Shown here: positions 16,417-27,519 of the stretch, one piece after another
Layout of the letters: every line of letters begins with the position of its first letter
How positions within the stretch are numbered: the stretch's first letter is position 1
From: Actinomycetes bacterium
Lineage (GTDB): Bacteria > Actinomycetota > Actinomycetes > Actinomycetales > Cellulomonadaceae
Length of the DNA stretch: 64,000 bases
Assembly (NCBI GenBank): GCA_023438885.1
Contig: JAEXPS010000008.1
Location: 35-64,034, forward strand
Reading direction: 5' to 3'
The notes under the pieces: model-generated
Seen by the model: only the letters and a program-made list of their open reading frames with translations
Told to the model about the DNA's origin: nothing
The model's database searches: none
Made by a program: the position numbers and the translations under genes

Positions 16417-16508
16417 CAGTATTCGCCCGGTGTGACACGGGTCAGCGGGTGAGATGGCTCGCGCCGCTCGCCCCGTCAAGCCGCGGACCTGCGTGAAAGA
16501 CTCCCGAC

Positions 16509-18551
<2,043 letters not shown>

Positions 18552-18704
18552 CGATGCTGTGCACGTGTGGTGAGGCCCAGATCCGCGACCCGGACGACGA
18601 CACCACGCCGTAACACGCAGGCACTAACCTGCGCCCCAGGTGCCGGGCACGCCGGTGCCGGTCCGCACTCTGACGGAGCGGACGACTCGCCTGGAGGCAC
18701 TCTC

Positions 18705-19589
18705 GTGCGCAAGACCCTTGCCCTGGTCACCGCAGCCGCGGTGGCGTTCTCCCTGGCCGCCTGTTCCAGCGGCGAGAACGCGGGCGGAAAGTTCGACCCC
18801 TCGTCCGTCGAGAAGGACGACGCGATCGCCGCCCTGCTCCCCGCCCGCATCGCGGACGCCGGGAAGCTGGTCGTGGCCGCGGACACCTCCTACGCCCCGG
18901 CCGAGTACATCGACGAGGACGGCGTCACCGCGATCGGCTACGACGTCGACCTCGCGAACGCGCTCGGGGCCGTGCTCGGCGTCGAGGTGGACTTCCAGAC
19001 GGCCGACTTCACCGGGATCATCCCCGCGCTCGGCACCAAGTACGACGTGGGCATCTCGTCGTTCACCATCACGGACGAGCGCATGGAGCAGGTGAACATG
19101 ATCACCTACTTCGAGGCCGGCGAGTCGTTCGCGGTCCAGAAGGGCAACCCGGGGGCGGTCGACGCGGAGGACATCTGCGGCAAGATCGTCGGCGTCCAGA
19201 CCGGCACCTGGGAGGACGACCTGCTCACCGAGGCGATCGCAGCCTGCGAGGAGGCGGGCAAGGAGGCGCCGGAGCCGCTGCGCTACGAGGCGCAGAGCGA
19301 CGTCACCACCGCGCTCGTCGGCGGCAAGGCCGACCTGATGTGGGCCGACTCCCCGGTGGTCTCGTACGCGATCGCGCAGACCGACGGCAAGCTCGAGCAG
19401 CTCGGCGACGTCCGCCAGGTCTCTGCCCAGGGCATCGCGGTCGCCAAGGACGACGCCGAGCTCACCGAGGCGATCCAGAAGGCGCTGCAGAAGCTCATCG
19501 ACGACGGCGTGTACCTGACGATCCTCGAGGCGTGGGACAACGCGGACGGCGCTGTCACCGAAGCCGTGCTCAACCCTGCCGTGAGCTGA
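18705..19589 (+). CDS. Polar amino acid ABC transporter substrate-binding lipoprotein
   Basis: Lipobox LAAC; SBP family 3 motifs G.DVDL, SSFTIT.ER, GVQTGT; GGAGG RBS. Confidence 0.9.
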   Translation: MRKTLALVTAAAVAFSLAACSSGENAGGKFDPSSVEKDDAIAALLPARIADAGKLVVAADTSYAPAEYIDEDGVTAIGYDVDLANALGAVLGVEVDFQTADFTGIIPALGTKYDVGISSFTITDERMEQVNMITYFEAGESFAVQKGNPGAVDAEDICGKIVGVQTGTWEDDLLTEAIAACEEAGKEAPEPLRYEAQSDVTTALVGGKADLMWADSPVVSYAIAQTDGKLEQLGDVRQVSAQGIAVAKDDAELTEAIQKALQKLIDDGVYLTILEAWDNADGAVTEAVLNPAVS

Positions 19590-19590
19590 G

Positions 19591-20595
19591 TTGTCCGCTC
19601 ACACGCCCCAGGCCCGGGAACCGGAGCGGATCCGCGCGATCCCGGTCCGGTACCCGGGCCGCTGGGTGTCCGCGATCGTCGTCGCGGTGCTCGCGGCGAT
19701 GGTGCTGCACGCACTGATCACCAACGACACGTTCGCGTGGCCGACCGTCGCCGAGTACCTCTTCGCCCGTCCGGTGGTGCGCGGCGTCGGCTGGACGCTG
19801 GTGCTGACGGTCGGATCGATGGTGCTGGCCGCCGTCCTCGCGGTGCTGCTGGCGATCATGCGGGAGTCCGCGAATCCCGTGATGCGGTGGGTGGCCTGGG
19901 TCTACATCTGGGTGTTCCGCGGCACGCCGATCTACACGCAGCTCGCGCTGTGGGGGCTCATCGCGGTGATCTTCCCTCGCCTGTCGCTCGGCATCCCGTT
20001 CGGGCCGGAGTTCTTCTCGTTCTCGACGAAGGACGTGTTCACCGCCGCGTGGGCGGCGCTGATCGGACTGGGGCTCAACGAGGCGGCCTACCTCTCGGAG
20101 ATCGTCCGGGCCGGCCTGGAGAGCGTCGACCGCGGCCAGCACGAGGCCGCACGGGCGCTGGGCATGAAGGAGGGCCTGATCCTGCGCCGCATCGTGCTGC
20201 CGCAGGCGATGCGCGTCATCGTTCCCCCGACGGGCAACGAGACGATCTCGATGCTGAAGACGACCTCACTCGTCGTCGCCGTGCCGTTCACGCTCGAGCT
20301 CAACTTCGCGACCAACGCCATCGGGAACCGGATCTTCCAGCCCGTCCCGCTGCTGATCGTCGCCTGCATCTGGTACCTGGCGATCACGAGCGTCTTCATG
20401 GTGGGCCAGCACTACCTGGAGAAGTACTACGGCCGCGGCTTCGAACCGCACGGCCCGGTTGCGACGAAGCCGGGGCGCGGCGGGCGCCAGGCCGCGATCA
20501 ACGCGGCACACACCACGCCCGAGTTCGGGGCGGTCGACGACCAGGGCAGCATCATCGCCGGCGGCCAGGGCCGGCCGGGCGGGGGTGGCAAGTGA
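19591..20595 (+). CDS. Polar amino acid ABC transporter permease
   Basis: [43 protein letters not shown]. Confidence 0.92.
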   Translation: MSAHTPQAREPERIRAIPVRYPGRWVSAIVVAVLAAMVLHALITNDTFAWPTVAEYLFARPVVRGVGWTLVLTVGSMVLAAVLAVLLAIMRESANPVMRWVAWVYIWVFRGTPIYTQLALWGLIAVIFPRLSLGIPFGPEFFSFSTKDVFTAAWAALIGLGLNEAAYLSEIVRAGLESVDRGQHEAARALGMKEGLILRRIVLPQAMRVIVPPTGNETISMLKTTSLVVAVPFTLELNFATNAIGNRIFQPVPLLIVACIWYLAITSVFMVGQHYLEKYYGRGFEPHGPVATKPGRGGRQAAINAAHTTPEFGAVDDQGSIIAGGQGRPGGGGK

Positions 20596-21377
20596 ACGCC
20601 GCGACGGTTCCCATGGTCGAGATGCGTGACGTCCACAAGTGGTACGGCGAGCATCACGTGCTGCGCGGCGTCGACCTGACGGTGCCCAAGGGCACCGTCT
20701 GCACCGTGCTCGGGCCGTCCGGCTCCGGAAAGTCGACGGCGTTGCGCTGCATCAACCAGCTCGAGGAGATCGGCGCGGGCCGCATCACGGTCGACGGCGA
20801 GCTCATGGGGTACCGGGAAGGGGTGCACCGCGGCAAGCCGGCGCTCTTCCGCCTGCACCCGCGCAAGATCGCGTTGCAGCGGGCCAACGTCGGCATGGTG
20901 TTCCAGCGGTTCAACCTGTTCCCCCACATGACCGCCCTCGGCAACGTCACCGAGGCACAGGTCAAGGTGCTCGGCCGGACCCAGGAGGAAGCCCGCGAGC
21001 GGGCGCTGGCGCTGCTGGACCGGGTCGGGCTCTCGGACCACACCGAGCACTACCCCGCCCAGCTCTCCGGCGGCCAGCAGCAGCGGGTGGCGATCGCCCG
21101 AGCGCTCGCGATGGACCCCGAGCTCATGCTGTTCGACGAGCCGACGTCCGCCCTCGACCCCGAGCTGGTCGGCGAGGTGCTCGAGGTGATGCGGACGCTG
21201 GCCGGGTCCGGGATGACGATGATCGTCGTCACCCACGAGATCGGGTTCGCCCGCGAGGTGGCCGACCAGGTCGCGTTCATGGCGGACGGCGTCATCGTCG
21301 AGCACGGCACGCCCGAGGAGGTGCTCGGCAACCCCCGCGAGCCCCGCACGCGGGACTTCCTCGCGAAGGTGCTCTAG
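20592..21377 (+). CDS. Polar amino acid ABC transporter ATP-binding protein
   Basis: [38 protein letters not shown]. Confidence 0.95.
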   Translation: MNAATVPMVEMRDVHKWYGEHHVLRGVDLTVPKGTVCTVLGPSGSGKSTALRCINQLEEIGAGRITVDGELMGYREGVHRGKPALFRLHPRKIALQRANVGMVFQRFNLFPHMTALGNVTEAQVKVLGRTQEEARERALALLDRVGLSDHTEHYPAQLSGGQQQRVAIARALAMDPELMLFDEPTSALDPELVGEVLEVMRTLAGSGMTMIVVTHEIGFAREVADQVAFMADGVIVEHGTPEEVLGNPREPRTRDFLAKVL

Positions 21378-22043
21378 CTACCGGACGAGCTTCGCGACCG
21401 TCGCCACGAAGTCGGGCAGCTGGGCCTTCCAGTCGTCGATCACCAGAGCCGGTCCGTACTTGGTGAACGTCTCCGGCCCGTTGCCGCCGGTGGTGACGGC
21501 CACGAAGCAGAATCCACCGGCATTCGCGGCGACGCCGTCGCCACCGGTGTCGCCGACGAGCACGCCCTGGTGCACGGCCCGCGCCGCAGCCTGCGCCAGC
21601 GCCGCGCGGTCCGGGTAGATCTCGCCGAAGAACGAGTGGCCCCAGTCGAACACGTCGAGGTCGTACCCGGCGCTCTGCAGCTTGACCCGCGCGCGAACCT
21701 TGGAGTTGCCGGTGATGAGGGCGTTCACCCAGCCCTGGTCGTGCACGGCCCGCAGCGCCTCGGCGACACCGGGAACCGGGTCGCACGCGTTGGCCGGCCG
21801 GGAGTACCACTCCTCGGAGAGCTCCTTGAACCGCCGCGTCAGCGGGCCGGCGAAGCTGACCGGAAGCATCGCGCCCTGGCGGATCTCGTCGAGGATCTGC
21901 CAGTCCACCTTGCCGTGCCGGTCGGGGATCGCGGGGGCCTCATGGCCGCTGACCTCGCGCAACGCCTCCTTGAACACGCCCAGCCCGCCGTCGGGGCTGT
22001 TGTCGAGCACGAGCGTCCCGTCCAGGTCCCACAGCACGATCAT
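21378..22043 (-). CDS. HAD family hydrolase
   Basis: DLDGTL motif I, ITGN motif II, VGDT..D motif IV; GGGGAGG RBS. Confidence 0.85.
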   Translation of the reverse strand: MIVLWDLDGTLVLDNSPDGGLGVFKEALREVSGHEAPAIPDRHGKVDWQILDEIRQGAMLPVSFAGPLTRRFKELSEEWYSRPANACDPVPGVAEALRAVHDQGWVNALITGNSKVRARVKLQSAGYDLDVFDWGHSFFGEIYPDRAALAQAAARAVHQGVLVGDTGGDGVAANAGGFCFVAVTTGGNGPETFTKYGPALVIDDWKAQLPDFVATVAKLVR

Positions 22044-22146
22044 CCCCAGCGCCTCCCCGAGCTCGTCACCCCGTTGCACCTATCCGACCACCTGGCGCCG
22101 CCACCGCAACGGGACCATGGCCCGGGGCCCGGTGAACAATGGGCGT

Positions 22147-22788
22147 ATGACGACCACCCTCACGCGCTGGGGCCATGCCTGCGTCCGCATCGACGCCCCG
22201 GGCGGCGTCCTCGTCATCGACCCGGGCACGTACAGCGACCTGGATCGTGCCCTCGACTCCGCCGACGCGGTGCTCGTCACGCACGTGCATCCCGACCACC
22301 TCGACGCCGCACGGCTGGCGGCGTCCGGCCTCCCGGTCTGGGGCCCGGCCGAGGCGGTGGACGCGCTGGCCGCGGCCGGGGCGCCCGCCCGCCTGCTGCA
22401 CACCGTCGCCGAGGGCGACGAGCTGTCCCCGGCCGGGTTGCACGTACAGGTCCTGGGGCAGCGGCACGCCGTGATCCACCCCGACCTGCCTCCCCTGCAG
22501 AACGTCGCCTACCTGGTCGGCGGCGCGGTGCTCCACCCCGGCGACTCGCTCCCGGCCCTTCCGGCCGGTGCGGTTCGCGTGCTCCTGGTGCCGGTCAGCG
22601 GCGGCTGGGTGCACCTGGACGCGGTGGTCGACTGGGTGCGCGCGCTACACCCCGAGGTCGCCGTGCCGATCCACGACGCGATGCTCTCCCCGCCCGGGCA
22701 GGCCATCGCGGTCTCGCTGATGACCCGGCTCTGCGGCGTGCCGGTGACCGACCTCACCGCGGGCGAGCCACTGCCCCTCCCCCTCTGA
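22147..22788 (+). CDS. MBL-fold metallo-hydrolase
   Basis: GHAC, IDPG, THVHPDH, HPGD, PIHD. Confidence 0.88.
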   Translation: MTTTLTRWGHACVRIDAPGGVLVIDPGTYSDLDRALDSADAVLVTHVHPDHLDAARLAASGLPVWGPAEAVDALAAAGAPARLLHTVAEGDELSPAGLHVQVLGQRHAVIHPDLPPLQNVAYLVGGAVLHPGDSLPALPAGAVRVLLVPVSGGWVHLDAVVDWVRALHPEVAVPIHDAMLSPPGQAIAVSLMTRLCGVPVTDLTAGEPLPLPL

Positions 22789-22796
22789 GGCCGCAG

Positions 22797-23885
22797 GTGG
22801 ACCAGGCCGTCCTGGCACGCTGGCGCATGCACAGCCAGCTGCTCTGGGACCCCGTCGCGGGCGGCGCGGCCGGAGTCGTCGGGCGCCTCGCGGCCGCGCA
22901 GGGCCAGGACCTGCTGCCGGCGTCCTGGGGCCTGGCGCGTCGGGCGCGCGGAACCACGTACGACGAGGTGCGCGCCGCCTGCGACGAGGGCGCGGTGCTG
23001 CGCACCCATGTGCTGCGGCCCACGTGGCACTTCGTCGCGCCGGCGGACCTGCGCTGGCTCCTGGTGGCGACGGCGCCGCGGGTGCAGCAGGCGGCCGCCG
23101 GCTACAACGGGCGTCTCGGGTTGGACGACGAGGTTCGCGCCGGCACCCGCCGGACGCTCGCCGCGGTGCTCGCCGACGGCCAACACCGCACCCGAACCGA
23201 GCTGGGGTCCGCGCTCGCCGCCGCGGGGTTCCACCTCTCGGGGCCGGCGCTCGCCCAGGCGCTGATGGACGCCGAGCTGGAGGGCGTCGTCTGCTCCGGT
23301 GCCGCCCGGAACCGGCAGCAGACGTACGCCCTGCTCGACCAGCGCGCCCCCGGGAGCTGGCCCGGCACCCGCGAGGAAGCCCTGGCCGAGCTGGCGCGCC
23401 ACTACTACCCGACCCGCGGACCCGCCTCGGAGCGCGACCTGGCGAGATGGGCCAGCCTGCCCCTGTCCGAGGCACGGCGAGCCACCGCGGCGGTCGCCGA
23501 CGGCCTCGCGTCCGTGGACGTCGACGGCGCCACGCTCTGGCACGCGCCCGGCGAACCGCCGCCCCCGGCACCGCCCCGCGTCGACCTGGTCCACGGCTTG
23601 GACGAGATCGTCATGTCGTACTCCCACACCCGCTCGGTGGTGGTGGGCGAGCACGGCTTCTTCTCCGACCGCCCGGTGCCCTTCTCCCACCTGGTGCTCG
23701 TCGACGGGCGGGTGGCCGGCCGATGGGCGTACGAACGGGACGGACGAGGGGTGCCCGTGCGCGTTCTCGTCCGCCCGACGAGAGACTGGACCACCGCCGA
23801 GCGGGACGGGGTTGCGGCCGCGGCGGAGGCGTTCGGCAGGTTCGTCGGCGACGCGGTGCAGCTCGCGCAGCTCGGTCCGCTCTGA
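22797..23885 (+). CDS. Winged-helix (HTH_42) AlkZ-family DNA glycosylase
   Basis: AQGQD (QxQ) motif, RTHVLRPTWHFV, GP....DLARW, DE..MSY, VDGRVAG.W. Confidence 0.8.
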   Translation: MDQAVLARWRMHSQLLWDPVAGGAAGVVGRLAAAQGQDLLPASWGLARRARGTTYDEVRAACDEGAVLRTHVLRPTWHFVAPADLRWLLVATAPRVQQAAAGYNGRLGLDDEVRAGTRRTLAAVLADGQHRTRTELGSALAAAGFHLSGPALAQALMDAELEGVVCSGAARNRQQTYALLDQRAPGSWPGTREEALAELARHYYPTRGPASERDLARWASLPLSEARRATAAVADGLASVDVDGATLWHAPGEPPPPAPPRVDLVHGLDEIVMSYSHTRSVVVGEHGFFSDRPVPFSHLVLVDGRVAGRWAYERDGRGVPVRVLVRPTRDWTTAERDGVAAAAEAFGRFVGDAVQLAQLGPL

Positions 23886-24120
23886 GCCCGGCGGCGCCCC
23901 GGCAGCACTCGCCCGACAGGCCTGGTGAGGAGATGGCGCGGCGCGTCCGCTTCGCCATCGTTTGTCCGCTCTGTCCGACTGTCCTATGTTGGCGGCGCCG
24001 TTCGGGTTCGCACAGATCCCCGCCGGTGGTCGGGTCCCCGCACGGGTCGGCGGACGCAGGAGGAGCCGGTGACCCCGGTGCCGCCCCGGCCTCACCCTGA
24101 CCCGGTGAAGGGAAGTGCGC

Positions 24121-27100
24121 ATGGCAGCAGGGTCCATCCGTCGACGCGGAGCACTGATCGCGGCGGGCGCCATTGCGGCGCTCGTCGCTTCTGTCGGGAT
24201 CGGCGGCACGGCTGTCGCCGACGACGGGCCGGCCAGTCCGGCAGTGCCGACAGCCACCCCCGGGAGCCTCTCGGCGGCCAAGCTCTCCCCCACGCTCGCG
24301 GCGTCCCGCGCCGACCGGGCACGGGTGTTCGTCCAGCTGTCCGGCACCGGCGCGGCCGACGAGGCCGGCAAGGCCTCTGCCAAGAGCCGTCGCGCCGCGG
24401 TCAAGGCCTCCGCCGCCTCCGCATTCGCCACCGCGAAGGGCAAGGACGCCGCGGCCACGTACCTCTTCACGGCGACCAATGCCGTCCCGGGCTTCGGCGC
24501 GGACCTGACCCCTGAAGCCGTCGAGGCCCTCGCGGCCCGGCCCGATGTCGTCAAGGTCTCCGCCCTGATCCCGAAGCGCCTCGAGACCGCCAGCGCTGCG
24601 CAGCTGGTCCGCGCGGTCAACACCTGGCAGGCAGGCAACCTCGGCCAGGGCGTCTCGATCGGCGTCATCGACACCGGGATCGACTACACCCACGCCGACT
24701 TCGGCGGCGCCGGGACACCGGAGGCCTACACGGCGGCTCATGCCGCGTCGACCGAGCCGTTCACGCCGAACGCCAAGGTCGTCGGTGGCTTCGACTTCGT
24801 CGGCGACGACTACAACGCCGACCCCGACTCCGACGGCTACCAGCCCGTGCCGCACCCGGACCCGAACCCGCTCGACTGCAACGGCCACGGCTCCCACGTG
24901 GCCGGCATCGCCGCCGGCTACGGCGTCAACGCCGACGGCTCCACCTTCACCGGCGACTACGCGGCGCTGACCAGTGACGACCTGTACGCGATGAAGATCG
25001 GCCCCGGCACGGCGCCTGCCGCCGAGCTCTACGGGCTGCGGGTGTTCGGGTGCGACGGTTCCACGGACGTGGTGATCCCTGCCCTCGACTGGAGCCTCGA
25101 CCCCAACGGCGACGGCGACTTCTCCGACCACCTCGACATCGTCAACCTGTCTCTCGGCTCCGACTTCGCGCCGGCCGACGACCCCGAGAACGCCGTCATG
25201 GACACCCTCGCCGCCCACGGGGTGCTGCCGGTGACCTCCGCCGGGAACGCGGGCGACATCACCGACGCCGGCGGGTCCCCGGGCAACGCGACCCGGGCGT
25301 TGGCGGTCGCCTCGTCGATCGACGCCTACCAGTTGCGTGACGGCCTGCGGGTCGACGCTCCGGCGGATGTCGCCGGGATCGCGTCCGGCCAGTTCTCGGT
25401 CGCCTACCCGTGGCCCACGGCGCCGGACGTCTCCGGTGCCGTGGTGTTCGTCTCGGGAGCGAACGCCGACGGCTGCCAGCCGTACTCCCCTGCCGAGGCC
25501 GCGATCGTCGCGGGCAAGGTCGTCTGGCAGACGTGGGACGACAACGACGCCACCCGGCGCTGCGGCTCCGCCGGGCGTTCGGCCAACGCACTGGCCGCAG
25601 GCGCGATCGGCGCGATCTTCGACTCGCAGCTCGACGTCTTCGGAGCCGGCATCACCGGCAGTGCGACGATCCCTGTGTTCCAGCTGCCGAAGTCCGAGGC
25701 CGATCGGCTGCGTCCGGCGCTGCTGGCAGGCACCCTCCAGGTCACGTTCTCCGGCTCCCTCGGCGCGACGGTGAAGAGCATCACGCCGGGCATCACCGAC
25801 ACGTTGAGCTCGTTCTCGTCACGCGGCTCCCACGGCTCGATCGGCGTGGTCAAGCCCGACGTCGCGGCTCCGGGCGACACGATCGCCTCGGTCAACGTCG
25901 GCACCGGCAGCGGCGTCCTCGCCATGTCGGGCACCTCGATGGCATCGCCGAACGTCGCCGGCATCGCGGCCCTCGTGGTCACGGCGCATCCGACGTGGAC
26001 CGCCGAGCAGCTCAAGGCCGACCTGATGAACACCGCCGGCCACGACGTGTACGCGGGCGACGGCCAGACGGGTCCGATCTACGGCCCGAACCGCGTGGGC
26101 GCCGGACGGGTGGACGCCCTCGCCGCCGTGGACAACGACCTGCTGGTCTACGTGAAGGACGTCCCGGGGGCTGTCTCGGCCTCGTTCGGCGTCGTCGCCG
26201 CCCCGATCACCGCGAAGTCCGTGACGCGCACGCGCACGCTCGTCGTGGAGAACACCGGCACCGCGGCGAAGACCGTGTCGCTCGCCTACGACGCCATCAC
26301 GGCGCAGCCTGGCGTCACCTACACGGTGTCGCCGAGCACCCTGACCGTGAAGCCGGGCAAGAAGGCGACGGCGACGGTGACCCTCACGGTGGTGCCGAGC
26401 CAGCTGACGAAGCCGATCGACCCGACACAGGACCCGATCTCCGGCCTGGGCGTGCCGCGGCAGTACCTGTCCGACTCGTCGGGCCGTGTGCTCGTCACGC
26501 CGGCCGGTGGGACCGCACTGCGGGTGCCCGTGTACGCGGCGGCCAAGCCGACTTCGGCGACGACCGCCAAGGTCGTCACCAGCGGCAAGGGCGCGTCACT
26601 GACGTCGTCGCTCGCGATCTCCGGAACGGGCTTCGACCAGGGGTCCGGCTCGGAGGCGTTCACCTCGCTGGTGTCCGTTCTCGAGCTCGGTGCCACCAGT
26701 GGCCAGGTCAAGTCGTGCACGGGCATCCAGATCGACGGGTGCACCTTGCTCGGCTCGGACTCCTCCGGCGACCTCCGGTACGTCGGTGCGGGATCCTCAC
26801 CGTCCCAGGAGTGGCTCTACTTCGGCATCAACACCTGGGGCCAGTGGGCGGTGGACGGCGCCGCGGTGGTGCCCTTCGTCGACTTCGACGTCACGGGCGA
26901 CGGCGAGCCGGACTACGAGGTGTTCGTCCAGAACTACGACGGCACCGACGTACCGATCGCCTTCCTCGTCGATCTCGAGTCCGGGGAGATCGTCGACCTC
27001 GAGCCGGCCAACATCGCGTTCGGCGACACCGACACCAACTGGTTCGACAGCGACACCCTGCTGATCCCGGTGTGGACGCAGGCGATCGGCCTGGACCCGA

Positions 27101-27453
27101 CGGCGTCGAGCTTCCCGATCACGTACCAGGTCGGGACGTTCTCGGGGTACACCGAGGGCATCATCGACGCGTCCCCGGTGATCCAGTACGACGCGCTGGA
27201 CCCGGCGGTCGCCGTCGCCGACCCGCTGTACCTCGACCAGGCGGGCGTCCAGATCCCGTACACCCTCGGCGCCTCGGCGACCAAGGACACGCGGGCCCTG
27301 GTGCTGCACCTGCACGGCGCCCCCGGTGATCGGGCCGAGGTCGTCAAGGTCGCCACGGGCAAGGTGCGCCAAGCCCCGGCGGGCAAGCTCGCCGGGTCGT
27401 CCACCCTCGCCCCGGTGGACGAGCACTTCCTGGTGGGCTCGGCCGGGAAGTAG
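24121..27453 (+). CDS. Secreted S8 (subtilisin) serine peptidase with PA and C-terminal beta-sandwich domains
   Basis: Signal peptide; VIDTGID, GHGSHVAG, SAGN, KPDVAAPG, SGTSMASP. Confidence 0.92.
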   Translation: MAAGSIRRRGALIAAGAIAALVASVGIGGTAVADDGPASPAVPTATPGSLSAAKLSPTLAASRADRARVFVQLSGTGAADEAGKASAKSRRAAVKASAASAFATAKGKDAAATYLFTATNAVPGFGADLTPEAVEALAARPDVVKVSALIPKRLETASAAQLVRAVNTWQAGNLGQGVSIGVIDTGIDYTHADFGGAGTPEAYTAAHAASTEPFTPNAKVVGGFDFVGDDYNADPDSDGYQPVPHPDPNPLDCNGHGSHVAGIAAGYGVNADGSTFTGDYAALTSDDLYAMKIGPGTAPAAELYGLRVFGCDGSTDVVIPALDWSLDPNGDGDFSDHLDIVNLSLGSDFAPADDPENAVMDTLAAHGVLPVTSAGNAGDITDAGGSPGNATRALAVASSIDAYQLRDGLRVDAPADVAGIASGQFSVAYPWPTAPDVSGAVVFVSGANADGCQPYSPAEAAIVAGKVVWQTWDDNDATRRCGSAGRSANALAAGAIGAIFDSQLDVFGAGITGSATIPVFQLPKSEADRLRPALLAGTLQVTFSGSLGATVKSITPGITDTLSSFSSRGSHGSIGVVKPDVAAPGDTIASVNVGTGSGVLAMSGTSMASPNVAGIAALVVTAHPTWTAEQLKADLMNTAGHDVYAGDGQTGPIYGPNRVGAGRVDALAAVDNDLLVYVKDVPGAVSASFGVVAAPITAKSVTRTRTLVVENTGTAAKTVSLAYDAITAQPGVTYTVSPSTLTVKPGKKATATVTLTVVPSQLTKPIDPTQDPISGLGVPRQYLSDSSGRVLVTPAGGTALRVPVYAAAKPTSATTAKVVTSGKGASLTSSLAISGTGFDQGSGSEAFTSLVSVLELGATSGQVKSCTGIQIDGCTLLGSDSSGDLRYVGAGSSPSQEWLYFGINTWGQWAVDGAAVVPFVDFDVTGDGEPDYEVFVQNYDGTDVPIAFLVDLESGEIVDLEPANIAFGDTDTNWFDSDTLLIPVWTQAIGLDPTASSFPITYQVGTFSGYTEGIIDASPVIQYDALDPAVAVADPLYLDQAGVQIPYTLGASATKDTRALVLHLHGAPGDRAEVVKVATGKVRQAPAGKLAGSSTLAPVDEHFLVGSAGK

Positions 27454-27459
27454 TGGGTG

Positions 27460-27499
27460 ACGACGAGGCCCGCCGGGTTCGCCCGGCGGGCCTCGTCGT
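27460..27499. terminator. Perfect 18-bp hairpin with TTCG loop between converging genes
   Basis: acgacgaggcccgccggg-ttcg-cccggcgggcctcgtcgt. Confidence 0.85.
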
Positions 27500-27519
27500 G
27501 TCCACCGACGGTCAGGAGG

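Noticed and set aside
18599..18614. GACAC-N6-GTAAC as a GlnR box upstream of the amino acid ABC operon
   Set aside because: Plausible, but too degenerate to support without conservation data
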